Shown in pieces: positions 38,601 through 52,300 of a stretch of 55,930 nt of DNA. The stretch is taken from assembly GCA_001642005.1 (NCBI GenBank), contig LWCA01000097.1, positions 1 through 55,930 on the forward strand. The letters run 5' to 3'. This DNA is from Intoshia linei (lineage: Eukaryota > Animalia > Orthonectida). The notes below the pieces were generated by a model. That model did not search any database. It saw only the letters and a program-made list of their open reading frames with translations, and was not told where the DNA came from. Numbering within the stretch: position 1 is the first letter of the stretch; the number at the start of each line of letters is the position of its first letter. A program made the translations under genes and the position numbers.

Positions 38601-40317
38601 TAAAACTTTTCCAGTGTGGATTCCAATTCTCATATGGACGTTTTCATCATGATCCTCATCGAATTCTTTTATAGCTTTTATCATACCTAGTCCACATTCC
38701 ACTGCAGATGTTGCATGATTTGAAATAGGTTCAGGACAGCCTTAATTTAAAGTATCAATATACATATATAACATTATATTAATATATTAATTATATATCT
38801 AATAGAGATAGATCTAAAAATTTATAGTGTATCCTAATATGAAAATTTAAATGTGCGGTGAACCTTGATTCCGTTCCGTAGAACCGTTTTTAAAGTGATA
38901 GTAAAGAATGTTAATTTTGACGTAAAATAACATAATTTTAATGGAACACGATCTGAAAATATTTAAAACTACTTTGTATGGGTTAAAATATTATTGGCTA
39001 TTATACGAGTTTCGTTTATATTTGAAATTGAAGCTAAATTACCTGCTACAGCATAATAACAATCTCCTAAAGTTGCAATCTTTTCACATCCACTCTTTAA
39101 ACATACTTCATCAAATCTACCAAACAGGTCGTTTAACAGGAAAACTAAACGCTCAGCAGTTTTATTCGAACTCATTTTCGTGAATCCAACTATATCGGCA
39201 AAAATAACGGTAACATTACTTTGCTGATCGGACGGCATCTGTTCCAATGATGTTGCAGATTGTTTGCTTTTATTGGTATTTGGTTTTTGTTTTATAACTT
39301 CAAGAGCAATTTTAGGTGGCATAAGAGAATGAATAACTTGATTTTTAATATTATCTTCAATTTTTAATTGTTTTTGCAACATTAACGACTGACTAACATT
39401 TAAAAATGTGGACCGTCGATGAACATCATTCATTACATTAATATAAATAGATAAACAATTTAAGATTAAAATTATTACAACTTTTGATAATATGAATAAA
39501 TAATTTCTATAATTTTTTTGTTGAAATATTTTTGTAATCAAATCAACATAATTTTGTTGAAATTTAGTATGATGTAATTCATTGTATGATTTAAAACCAA
39601 ATTCGCCTTGAATTAGGTAAAAAAATATTTCATAAATCATAAAAATGCAGTTGTTTAAAACAATTAAATATTTTAATTTAATTGGCACCAATATGTAAAA
39701 TAAAAATATTGTAATGTAGAGAAATATATAGTTTGATACATATGCCATTGATCGCATATATAAATCATTTTCCTTGTTTAAATGCATATATCCCGTGATA
39801 AATATTTCGTCAATGTTGAATAAAAAATGTATAATAAATATTATGGCTGTGAGAATGTTCATTTTTTGTCCAATATTTTTATATTTAAATATCATGATTG
39901 ATAATATTATGGCTAAAACAAATGCAATACCTGTTAGAAAAATTAAATGAATATAGTAAAATTGTATCATGGAACCAATAATTGCCACAAAAATTGTACG
40001 CAATAATATTAGAAATATTAGAAAGTATATGAAAATTTGAAAATAAAAGGATGTCGTTTGTTTAAAGCATTTTTCATATTGCACTTCTAAATTTTTAGAT
40101 TCAAAGTGAGAATCCCAAAAGTATCCTGATGCTCGATCGAATAAATAAAATTTTGGTTTTTTATTTTTTGTCACATTATTGCTAATTGCGTCTTTCATAT
40201 CACATAACATGCCCTCGTCACTTGCAACATTTTCATATTTAACTTCACTGGATATATTTCCACGTATGTCACAATTAGTTAGAGTACTTCTACGAGACGT
40301 TGTTGAGTTATTTGAAT
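32674..40317 (-). CDS. ADCY9: Transmembrane adenylyl cyclase, type 9-like (paralogue 2); start codon or first exon unresolved upstream of 40317
   Basis: Exons 40317-39043, 38740-38597, 38517-38419, 38323-38258, 37934-37854, 34901-34807, 34768-33278, 33224-32951 and 32885-32674 are phase-consistent. Motifs: [99 protein letters not shown]. Confidence 0.93.
35667..36360 (+). pseudogene. Decayed P-loop NTPase/nucleotide-kinase-like ORF, antisense inside a cyclase-2 intron
   Basis: The frame open from ~35710 to 36024 contains [13 protein letters not shown] (Walker A-like, 35743-35781). A downstream broken frame reads [19 protein letters not shown]. Confidence 0.45.
36558..37231 (-). mobile_element. 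Internally deleted hAT Buster/Charlie element retaining the transposase C-terminus
   Basis: TIRs CAGTGGTTTTCAACC / GGATGAAAACCACTG; perfect TSD CTCTAGCT. ORF 36739-36957 [56 protein letters not shown] matches the Buster/Charlie C-terminal motif (YLCExGFSxL..KTK.RNRL.V..D.R..LS...P). Confidence 0.9.
37513..37790. mobile_element. hAT-type MITE
   Basis: TIRs CAGAGCGGAACCTACCA / TGGTAGGTTCTGCTCTG; flanks gttataca/gttgaaca. Confidence 0.75.
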
Positions 40318-43300
40318 CTATAAATATATTAAATATTAAATTCAATAATTATTTAATGTAATTATTGTAATATAAAAATGTATAATATTTTCGATCGACA
40401 GCGTTCATATTCGATAAAAAATAAGCATTATTTTTTATTATTATTTACAATTTTTATTTTTCAGTCGTCGTGAAATTATATTAACTGTTAAAGTTTGTAT
40501 ACAATGCATAATATGCATATAATTTTTAATTGACAATAAGCATCTAGTATTGATTGAAGCTTGTAAGTGATCACATATCAGACTAGCATAAATAAGCAGT
40601 TTCCTGCACCTGAATTGATAATTTAAATTGAAAATCAAAGAGAAATATTTTTGATATAACTCCACCATAATTGGATTAGTTACTGTCTCAGAATCTTACA
40701 AATAAGAGTTAATATATTAACTAGTTAGTATACTATATACTATATACTATATAATAATTAGTATAACTTAGAGTAAATTTATATAACAAAATGGATAGTG
40801 ATGATGCCTAACCATCAATGAATATATATACTAACATGTGATACATAATACATAATCTGTATTTATAGAATAAACATATTAATTTGATCCGTATTATATT
40901 ACCGCACCAGAAAACACTTAAATTTTAGGTCATAAAGTTGAGTGGAACCTCCACTATGTGTCAATTCCGCTATTCGCCAAAATTACGTTCGTTATTAGTC
41001 AAACATTTTTAAAATAATCTATAAAATATTTTTATGCCTTGGTCCACCCTTAAATAAAATATAATAAAATTTTTAAAAAAAACTGGTATTTTTTAGGAGT
41101 GAAAGTGGGAACTAGCCTAAAAACTGTTGGGAAAAACTGCAATGCACTGGTACACTTGTATATGAAAAAAAAGAAAAATATAAAAAATATTTTTAATAAA
41201 AAGAATTACTTCTTCGATTCTCTTGAATTGTATTCATTTTGGTGATTCTAAAAATACAAAAAATTATTCAAATAAGAAATATTAATAAAAATCAAATACA
41301 TTAAAAAATATTTAGGTTTAGTTCAATTAGCTCCATGAATTAATTATCAATTCTGGAGATTTAAGTTTAGTTTAGTTAATTGTATGTATAATAAATATTA
41401 ATTGACTCTTAACACAAGAAAAAGTTTATGATGAGACGGATAACTAAAATTTTTTTTAAAATACCGAATACGAAAATTTCCATTTGTGCTTTGAATTATA
41501 TTCAAAATTTTTATTTAATTATTTTAGGTAGGGTACAAACATTTATTTTTACAAACATTAATACAAATTGTACTTTCACTTCTCAGTTAATTTATAATAC
41601 TATTAAATTGATATCTGATACGATATTTATGATATGATATTTAAAAATCATTAAAAAATGAGTAAAATTAATATTTTATCAAATGAGTAATGTCAGATAT
41701 ATATTATTAAGTTATACAGTTAATATGTGAAATATAATTTACTGGCACCACGCGTAATGTATATATAAATGAAAAATGAAGGAAATACTTTTGGATACCA
41801 TTACTTTATTAAAATAAATATAACAAATTTTTAGCCAAATTGTAATTATTTGAATCTTATAAATCATTTGTGTTGGTTAATATGATTAAATTATTTAAAA
41901 TTAACCTATTAGTCCGTAATGTTCGTCATAGGAAATGTATATAATCTATTTTGTATCATATTTCAGAATAATAATAAAAGTTAAGCAATTTAGATAAATA
42001 TTTAAAAAAATTAATCAAATTGTATAAAAATACATTGTTAAATCGGAAATATCGATTTTATGTTAAGTTATTAGTTCATAGGAACTGTTTCTATATAACT
42101 AATTATTAATTTAATACAATGCATTATGAATATTTAAAATTTTAATTTCAAATTACTATATTAGTCGTGTAGGTGTTGTTCTACTTATATATTTATTATT
42201 GTTTTAAAAAATCGCATCAGAAAATAAGAAATTATTCAATTATCATTTCAAATGAAATACAATAGACAATCTGACTATCAATCCGGTTTACGAACCTGAA
42301 CTTTGATTTTTTTATGGCGCTGTTCAATAAATCAAAAATAATGCAAGTTTTGAACTTTTTAGCGATAATTAATTTAAAATAAGTGAAAATGGGTTTAAAA
42401 GTACTATAAATAGCATAAATTTTAAACAAAATAAAAATAATAATAATTACCCACTAACTAATACAACAATGTACATTGTACATTGTACATTTATATTGTT
42501 TTCATCTAACATCATAATGCAAATGTACGGTAAAATATATTCTGTTTTATCTTATAATAAATAATATTTAAAATCAACATTGTGGATAATGCATTCAGAC
42601 ATTTAAAAGCATTTTTCAGGATAAAGCAATGTTAAAATTGAAATAAATTTCAATAAGAAAGTTATGTTTTAGTTGATCTTAAGAATAATTTTTTTTTAAA
42701 TTAGAAATTGAGTAGCAATCATAAAAGACAGAAGGAATCAATTTATGAGATTGAAACCCAATATTTTTGTGTAGCAAATATGCATACCGTGAATTCCCAC
42801 TTTTTTTGAAATTTTAGGATAAATATTTAAATTTTGATTTGTAATTTTAATTCAAATTTTTAAGTTTGAAATTTATTTTACTTTTCGGACCGGCAAAATC
42901 TGACATGGAATATTTGATTTTAAAATATTGCAGGCTGTCAGTTTTCTCTATATATATCTATATCAGTGGTGTCCTATTCAAATAATGTACGGACCCCCAT
43001 TTCAAAATATTTATTTTTTTAGACCCCAAAGGAAACATGAAATATATAACATTTATGAAAAAATTAAAAGTTTATCTCATAAGATTTGGTAAATCGTGTT
43101 TTCAAAAAAATAGGGGAAAAAAAGGATTTTCTTTTTATTTAGGTTGATAAAATTGGATTTTTGAAAAAAATATTGTAAAAAGGGGATTTTCCCTTAATTT
43201 ATTTTGTCGCCTTTCTATATTTTTTTGTGCCCCCCCAAATAAAAATTTCTTCCATGACCCCTTAATTTTTTAGTCGATCCTTTGGGCTACCTGGCTACCG

Positions 43301-43752
43301 TTGTGAAACCATAATGTAAAGTTTGATTATCCACATTTAGCATGTAATTATTTTAATTTGAGAACATTAAAAAACTATTAAAAAATTAAATTTTCATAAA
43401 TGCTGTATGCATTTTTATGCATACCAAACAGTTATGAAGCATGAAATAATTGACGTCAGTGATAACATATTTATAATTGTATATATTTATTATTTTAATT
43501 TTACTTTAAAATTTGAGTCATTAATAATCATAGTCTAATATACTGAACAACACTGAAAAAAATTTCTGCTTAAAAATAAGATAATATGCAAATATGAATT
43601 ATAATTTTTACATTCCTGAAAAAATTGTAAAAATGTATCTTGTAGTTAAAAGATTAATTAATATTTAAATATTAATATTAATAACTGTCATTTCTGTAGT
43701 TAAATACAACTAAACTAATATATAAGTTGATTCACTTTTAAATGAATGATCA

Positions 43753-43978
43753 TCCTATCTTATATAATATGCTACGCGATTTTTGTTTGTGTGTGTGTTC
43801 CACTTTATTGAAATAACTACCAGTATTAAAATTTTATAAAGTCCACATTTTAATAACAGTTTTTTCCGGGACGTATAATAAGATAAATTTTAACCTCCCA
43901 AACTTACATCTTATGGGTCAAAAACCCCAATTGTCTTTCTTTTTGCAAATTAAACGAGTTGGAAAATTTAAAAAAATT
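43753..43978 (+). mobile_element. Helitron family A 5' fragment
   Basis: A|TCCTATCTTATATAATATGCTACGCGATTTTTGTTTGTGTGTGTGTTCCACTTTATTGAAATAACTACCAG. Confidence 0.75.
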
Positions 43979-44907
43979 ATTGTATACAATAAAATAATTA
44001 TTTTCTAATTTGTGACTTACGTCTAATATAATCAAAAAAATGTATAACATGCGTTATGATTATTCTTTATGGTGTATTTCAAATTTTGTTTATTTGTTAA
44101 TTATTAAATTAGTTTAATTTAAAAAAAATCTAGATGATCAATAATTTTGTGTCATGGGATTATATTTACGTCTTCTCGTGTAGATTGTAATGTAAAAAAA
44201 TATCTTAGAAATTCTGAAAAAACCTATGATTAGGGTAAATTTTGCCTTTTTTTTTTTAAGATAATTTCATAATTGAAATTTCTATAGTTTCATTAGATTC
44301 ACCATTTTTAATTATGTATTTAAAAAATATTAGTTACCCAAAATAGTACACTTAATGATTTAAAATTTGCAATAATCCTTTGTATAAAATAATATTAATA
44401 TGATATTATTACAATAACCAAGAGACACATTTCCCTCTATCTTTTAGAGTATACATTTTACAATTCGGTCTATCATTTAAGAATAAAACCTAGCAGAAAT
44501 TTTTTTAAAACTGGAAAAATGTTGTCATGTGTTTTAATAAAATTATAACATAATATATATTATAATAAACGGGCTATAAAAGTGCGTATATCTTTGATTC
44601 AACGGTTTAATCAAAGTTATGTGAAACGTAAATTATATGCTCTGCTACTCTTAAACATTCCATAATTTTTGTTAGCATGCATTTAAGTATGTTTAAATAA
44701 AAAATACTAAATATAATCAGAATTATATCTTTTTGCATATCATACAATGAAATTATCTATTTTTAGAATATTTATAAAATTGAACATGGAATATTGATTA
44801 ATAAGTGTATGAGAATATATTACTCTACCAGGTAAATGTTAACTGAATGTGCATTATGTCATACTTGAATTAATTCATAAGTAATATTATCAGCCATATT
44901 TCAAGTC

Positions 44908-47393
44908 ATGAGCGATCAAAACGATAGAATTATTGAAAAGCTCGATGATATTGAGAATACGGTAGATTTTTTATTATATTCAATATAAAATATTAGATTG
45001 GTCATCTGGCCTATAAGGTAGATACACTTCAAAGGCTGAGCTCTCAAAATATCGCAAATTCCAAAAACGTGAAATTAAAATATACTGCAAGACTATCTAT
45101 CAATAGTGATAATGCTAAAGATCAAAACAAAGAACGAGGTAATTGGAGTGGAAGGTTTGATTTTGTTTTGTCAATTCTCGGATTTGCTGTCGGATTAGGT
45201 AATAACAAAATTCCACAATATTAACATTTGTATTAGGGAATGTATGGCGTTTCCCTTATCTGACATACAAGCACGGAGGAGCAGTATTTTTGATACCATA
45301 TACAATAATGTTATTTTGTGTTGGAATACCAATATTTTTTCTTGAATTGTCTCTAGGGCAATACGTTAGTCGTGGGTCAATGAATTGCTGGGAAATGGCA
45401 CCCATATTTAAAGGTTTTTATTATAAATGTAATTAACTTTACAATTAATTAGGCGTGGGAATTGCAATGTTGTATGCTTCAGCAATGGTAGCGCTATATT
45501 ATAATGTAATTATAAGTTGGTCACTATATTATCTTTTTTCATCATTTGTTAAAATCCTTCCATGGCAAAATTGCGACAATAACTGGAATACAGAATGTAA
45601 TTATTATAAAATTTTGTATCTAACTAAAATTTAGTTTGTTATACAAAACTTGCCAACGATTCGGCAAATTGTGCTACATTGGGTTATACTGCCTTTAGTA
45701 ATGGAACTTGTTACAACGACGAAAATTTATATGGAATTTATAATGAAACCTTGGCTAAATCTCATTCCATTGTGTCAACTTTACCCTCAAAAGAATTTTT
45801 TGAGTGCAAAATGCTCGGGTATTGTAGATCTACCGGTATCGATAACATTGGGGAACTTGATCCGTACCTAGCCCTAGCTCTTTTAATCTCATGGATTTTG
45901 GTTTTCACAGCGTTAATTAAAGGTATAAAATCCTCCGGAAAAGTTGTATATTTTACTGCAACGTTTCCTTATTTGATTTTGATAATATTGTTGATTTATG
46001 GTTTACAATTGGAAGGTGCTTCAAAAGGGATAAAATTTTATCTCTTAAATGTAAAAATTGAAAAATTGCAAGAATCTGAAGTTTGGATAGATGCGGCTAA
46101 ACAAATTTTCTTTTCTTTGTCAGCTAGTTGGGGTGGACTCATTTGTCTATCTAGCTACAACAAATTTAAAAATAATTGCCTTCGCGATGCAATTTTTGTG
46201 TCCATTGCCAATTGTTTAACAAGTTTTTTTGCCGGTTTCGTTATTTTTTCATATCTCGGAAATCTTGCATTTAAAAAAGGAGTATCAGTAGACAATATTG
46301 TCGATAGTGGTTTGAATCTCGCTTTCATCGTCTACCCGGAAGCACTTACTCATTTACCTTATCCTCCCGTCTGGTCAATTTTATTCTTTTTAATGTTGAT
46401 TACTCTTGGACTAGATTCAGAATTTGCTCTAGTAGAAACGATTGGCACTTCTTTTATGGATCAATGGAAAATATTGCGAAAACAAAAAACATTGGTATAC
46501 GGTATTATCTGCACATTTCTATTTTGTATTGGATTAACAATGTGCACTGACGGTGGATTTTATATTTTCAATTTAATTGACGCTTTTGCTGGTGGATGGA
46601 ATGTGCTAATCATTGCACTTTTAGAATGCATTTGTATTGGATATGTGTATGGCGCAGCCAATTTTTGTGACGACATAAAACTCATGCTAGGAAATAATCC
46701 TTGTTATGTACCTTGGAGTATAAACCACGTTTGGTGGAGCTTTTGTTGGGTATTCATGACGCCGTTAGCTTTAATGGTTATCATTGTATATATTACATTT
46801 ATGTACGGAGAACGTGTCCTAGTTAACGGAATTATCAGATTAGGGATTACGGTTTTAATGCAATTTCAAAATGTTAATTTGAGAATAAGTCTAGCAAATA
46901 AAAATAATAAAATAAAAATTTTTAGATTTTTATAAAATATTTTTATTATTAAAAAAAAAAACGTTATTCAATTTTATATTAATTTTCAGAAAACTTCGTT
47001 AACTAGGATTTTATCATTTAAATTTTCTCTATAATGAATTCGTTTATTAAATATAATGTATAGTGAATTTAGTTTGTTACAATATTTTCTCTGATGGGCG
47101 TATCCAGGTTAAGTCTTGGAAGATACAAGTATCCAGATTGGGCTCAAGCTGTGGGATGGGTTATTTCATCTTTATCAGTATTGATTATTGTTATAACTGC
47201 ACTTTTTTTATTATTGTTCACAGAAGGTTCATTTACAGAAAGATTACATTATTTAATTTCACCCAAAAAGGATTATGGACCAAGTTTACCTCAACATAGA
47301 CGATTGGTTAAACATTTACCTAACATTTCTATATACCCCGAAACTGAAAACAAAAATGAATTGTTTGAAAATAGCAATACTCAAGATTCTTGA
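44908..47393 (+). CDS. SLC6 Na+/Cl- dependent amino-acid transporter, glycine transporter (GlyT/SLC6A5/A9)-like
   Basis: Exons 44908-44961, 44997-45198, 45237-45413, 45453-45596, 45635-46776 and 47073-47393. Motifs: [25 protein letters not shown] (Gly rather than Asp in TM1), [39 protein letters not shown] (GlyT-type Ser and Trp), [17 protein letters not shown]. Confidence 0.93.
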
Positions 47394-50300
47394 TAAATGT
47401 TTTGCATTACAGCTAAATAATACCTAAAAACTTCAAATATGTTTATTCTCAAAATTATCTGAATCATTAAATTATATTCATTTTTAATAAAAATTTTGAA
47501 TAAATAATACCGAATTGTATTTAGATTATATTTTAGTCTACAATTAGTTTTATAGATCATAATTTTAAATTTCAAATTAAAATTTAATTCTGACCAAAGC
47601 TCGGATTAGGAGTTAAAAATTTTTGATTGTTTTTAACCCTTTGAGGAATAGTTTGTTGTTACAAATTGACATACATCAAAATGTACGTTGTAAAATGTAT
47701 AACAAGCTACATGTGTATGTGGAAATTGCATTTATTTATTACACAACATGTTACTTTTGCATTAATGTATTCTATTTAGATATCTTATTTAAAAAGCAAA
47801 ATATTTAAGATTATTTACTTAAATAATTATAATTATTTAACATAAGTAAATAGCTTGGCTGCTTGGCTGTACGTCGTACAAAAAGCATCTAACTGAGCCG
47901 ACAGCAGACTATTTTAATTTTACCAAAAAAATTAAATCTACACAAAAATGCTACTATTCACTATTGCATATACTTTAAAGGAATGGTTCCAAAATGTGTG
48001 AAGAAAATTTTTTAATTGTAAATTCTAGAATTATTATAATTGAAAAATTAAAAATTTCTCCTCTAAAATCCTTTTTTAAATTTTCATACAAACATATTTC
48101 CCTAAAACCCTTTTTTAAATTTGAATACAAAAAAATTAAAAATTAATAGCAATAAAATTCAATCTTAACCCTTCGAATATTTTATTAATCAAATATTTAT
48201 TGGGAAAAACTATAAAACACCCCCAAAAACAGGTAATCGAAGTAAAAATATAAACTAAAATTTATTTAAAATTTGTTAATCATGATTCATGACTATATTT
48301 ACTACCATAAATATTTTGTCAGTAACTGATTCCATTAGGTTTGTCAATGTAGTTTGTATAACGTCACACTACGAGGCTGACACCGTGACTTTAATTCAGT
48401 TACGTTGTATCTACGTGTACAGATCAGTATCGCCCAGGCCTTTGGGATATACAAATTCATTGATATTATTTATCGCACAAACTTTTGCGATATCATAATT
48501 AAAGTATATTATCCATCGCACAGATGGAGGATTATTAAAAATTCAATATAGGAAAACCGTAAGATAAAACTGATTTTTCATCAGAACTGAAAAAATAACC
48601 AAATGTAAAGATAGCTGTAGCTATTGAAAATACTTTTTAGCTGATATTAGAATTAGACAATTTACAGTTGTAATAGAACTGCATAGTAGTGGGCCACATT
48701 ATATATACAACACATACATGTATGACAATGTCATATTATGGCATATACAATGTTATGTTATGATATATAGTCAGTTTATTCGAACTGCATTTTATTTAAA
48801 TGCATATTTTTTTAAAAATTCCAATGCAAGCAAGGTTCAATTTTTAAAATAACTAAAATAAACAAAAATACAAAAAAATGTAGTAAAAAAACACGCTTCA
48901 GGGTTGCCAGATATTGGCATTTTGTCTGAAATCCTAGAATTAATAAAGGAACTGAACTTATTAATTACGTTATACACTTGTGGTATTAATAAATTGCTTC
49001 ACCTCTATGGTCTGATAAATTAGCACTTTAATTAAAATTAATATAAGTATAATTAACACAAATAATTAATTATTTAATAATTAACTCATGTTTTTAAACC
49101 GCATCATTTTTAGGCACATTCGATAGGGTTTAATTTTCTAAATATTCCCATGTACTGTTATTACTTTTTTAGTCAACATTGGCGTAGTTATGATGCATTC
49201 CTTTTTATAATGTATTTAAAATATATTATATTTTATTTTTTCATATCATAATATCTTAATAGACCCTTAATATTAAATTTTCTATGATAATTTTGTAATA
49301 TCCCGAAAATATACGAACCAAACTAACAAACAACGTAAAAAAAAATATGGTAGCATATCATATAAATATAATTTTTTTAATTTATGACAGAATGGCTCAT
49401 ACACTATGTATCCAATTTTCCCAATATTTTTTTGAAATAATCCCATAATTATAATTATACAATTATATTAGACAAGGTTGACTGTTATGTACTACATAAA
49501 AACAGCACCTAGCTCTATTGAGGGCACATTTTATTAAATTCCCGTTAAAAATCTAACTTAAAAATTCTATTATTCACTATTATCAATGCTTTAAAAAAGT
49601 GATTCCCAAACTTGTTTCAGGTGGAACCGTCATATCACGTTACTTTTTACTTTAAAGTTTATTATTCCATCTTAATTTTATTTAAAAAATCCAAAAAAAT
49701 TGAGCTAGAAACAAATTAAAAAAAACTGTATAACTAAACATGGAGAACAGTATTATAAAGGCGGTACCACATTTAAAAGCTCAAACGCCAATTTCCGTTA
49801 AAATAAAGTTCAGTTTTAATTTCTTCATAATATTTATACAGTGATATTTAAAATGACAAACGCAACTCGAATAGATAGCGTTAAATATTTTTGATTGCGA
49901 ATTAGTTTTTCTATTTTAAAAATACACACTTTTAGTGCTAATTGCCCATCGAATTCTAAAATTTTCCAAAAATTGTGACACCCTAGTGTACATTATTGAT
50001 CATAGATAAAATTGAAAAACATTGGTTGATAATATTTTAATGAAAGGTCATTTTGATTAGGAATACGTAGATTTGATATTTGTCAATTAAAAATTTTTCT
50101 CTAGATTAACTGGCATAAACTATCAGAATTTAAATAAATATATCTTTTAATATCTTTGTTTTAAATTCTAGTAAAAAGTTTTTGCTATTTTTCATTAGGC
50201 AATTAATAATTTGATAATTTGGGATTTTGACTGTGAATATACAAGTTTTTAAGGTTAAAATTTATAATAATGCTCATGATTCTAAAAAAGATCCCAGAAT

Positions 50301-50509
50301 TTGTATTTTTTAAAAAATCGACATTTTATTTATACAAAAAAGAGTAATTAGATTTTCGATCGTCAAGATACAATTTTCTGAATCTAAATTATTATTTTTG
50401 ACTTTTCTGGTACTGTCAGTTTTATAAATAAAAGGTTACAGACAAAAACACATTTTTAGCAAAATTTACTATTAGTTAACTTTCAAGTAATGCAAACATT
50501 AAAATATTT

Positions 50510-51184
50510 TCATTGATTTTCAATATCTTTAACTTTTTCTAATAAATCATCAATTTGTTTTGAGGCACTTTTGGATTTTGAGATTTCTTCTTCAATTGGA
50601 CATTTTTCACTTTGCGTAATTGAAACTTTGGAATTCCTGGACGACGTCAATTCTTTTTTAGTTGTTTGGGTGGATGGAAGTGTAGTTGAAATTGGTACAT
50701 TCTTTACCTCATGTAAATACTTTGAATATGCTGGATGTATTAGTTTATTCAATTTTTTTTTGAGAACTCTTACTTCATACTCAGTAACAAATATTTCATC
50801 TGATTTATAATATTCTTTAACATGTACTATCACATTTTCTGAAAGGTTTTTTGGAGCTCGTTTTTTTAACTTAAATTTTGGCGTATTCTGAATAGTTTCA
50901 AAATATTTTTCGATGAAATACTTTACATTATTTGATACGTATTCAATTCGTGTCAATTCTTCTATACGCATCATATGAATGTTTTTGATGGCATGAATAG
51001 TAATACACATATTGTTATTTATTATTTCTGGATTTATATTGTTCATATTCGATATTTCTGTTTCGCAATCTTTTATAGTATGCAAATCTAATCGAACCTT
51101 TAAAGTTTTTTGTGAATTCAACTTCACATTGTTGATCAATAGTTTGATTTCTTCTTCAGTCGGTGTTCTGTAGCTTTCAGACAT
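50510..51184 (-). CDS. Hypothetical protein, 224 aa, apparently intronless
   Basis: 675-bp ATG-to-stop ORF in very AT-rich DNA with AAAAATG start context and an S/T/K/E-rich C-terminus. No recognisable domain. Confidence 0.6.
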   Translation of the reverse strand: MSESYRTPTEEEIKLLINNVKLNSQKTLKVRLDLHTIKDCETEISNMNNINPEIINNNMCITIHAIKNIHMMRIEELTRIEYVSNNVKYFIEKYFETIQNTPKFKLKKRAPKNLSENVIVHVKEYYKSDEIFVTEYEVRVLKKKLNKLIHPAYSKYLHEVKNVPISTTLPSTQTTKKELTSSRNSKVSITQSEKCPIEEEISKSKSASKQIDDLLEKVKDIENQ

Positions 51185-51536
51185 TTTTTAAATTTCCTAT
51201 CAAGGCTATTCAAGTATATTAAATTTATCTGTGCAAATAAAAATAAATTTTATTTATTTTTTTGCCAATATTTGCATAAGTTTTAACATTTTATATTTAA
51301 CTATTCTGTTGTATACATAGTATGTATTACATACACAATGTTATATACTTCATATGCAGTATTTAGTCGGAAAAAGTAATAATGCTAAAAATTTTCAAAT
51401 GTTAGCACACGCATAGAAGGGTGTAAGTCAAATTTTTATATCAAAAGTACACCCACTCATCTTATGAGCAATTTTTGTGTCTTCAATTTGCACCTAATCT
51501 TGCTTTACAATTCTTTAAAAAAACGTTGGGGCTATG

Positions 51537-52010
51537 AAGAGCCGTTTTAAGGCATGGGAAATATGGGCTGTAGCCCACTGTAGCCATCATTAAAAAAGGC
51601 CCCCAAATTAATAAAAGTACTTTACACTTATATCTTAAAAAGTGGCCCCAATTTATTAAAAAATACTTCACATTAATATCATATTTATATTATATATTAG
51701 AAACAGTTTATAAGTTTTGAAGTGTGGGAATTCAAATAGCTAGAAAAATAATAGTTTAAAGAATCAAAGTTCAATTCAATTTAAAATATACTCTACAATG
51801 TTCATCATATAATATTCACATATATATAACCTTTATATTAAGTGAATATTCAAAAAAGAATATAAAAAATTTTTGATTTTCTCTTATTAATTTTCAAAAG
51901 AGAAGCTTCTAAAAAAAAGCCTAAAATATTTTTATCGCTTCGCTCAAAACTTAACGGGTCTCCGGTCCTTTGCTTAGCCCAAAGCCACGAAGTGGCTTAA
52001 GACGGCTCTG
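51537..52010. mobile_element. hAT-type MITE
   Basis: TIRs (a)AGAGCCGTTTTAAG / CTTAAGACGGCTCTG; perfect 8-bp TSD GGGCTATG. Confidence 0.85.
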
Positions 52011-52300
52011 GGGCTATGCATTTAAAGTTTTGAACATATTATCATTCATTGTAACTAATACTTATTAATTTTTTTTTAAATTTTATTGATTTAACTATTT
52101 CTTTTCAATTTATTTTAATAGTAAAAAAATTTTGTTTTATTTTAAAATTGTTACTTTAATAAAATATAAATTTATATAAATATTAAATTTTATAATACAT
52201 ATTTTTTCGATTTTGATAAACCAAAATTTCAATTGAAGTTCAAAAAGTTTATTGAGCAGACAAAAATAATTTATTTTTAATTAAATTTAATATTGTTATA

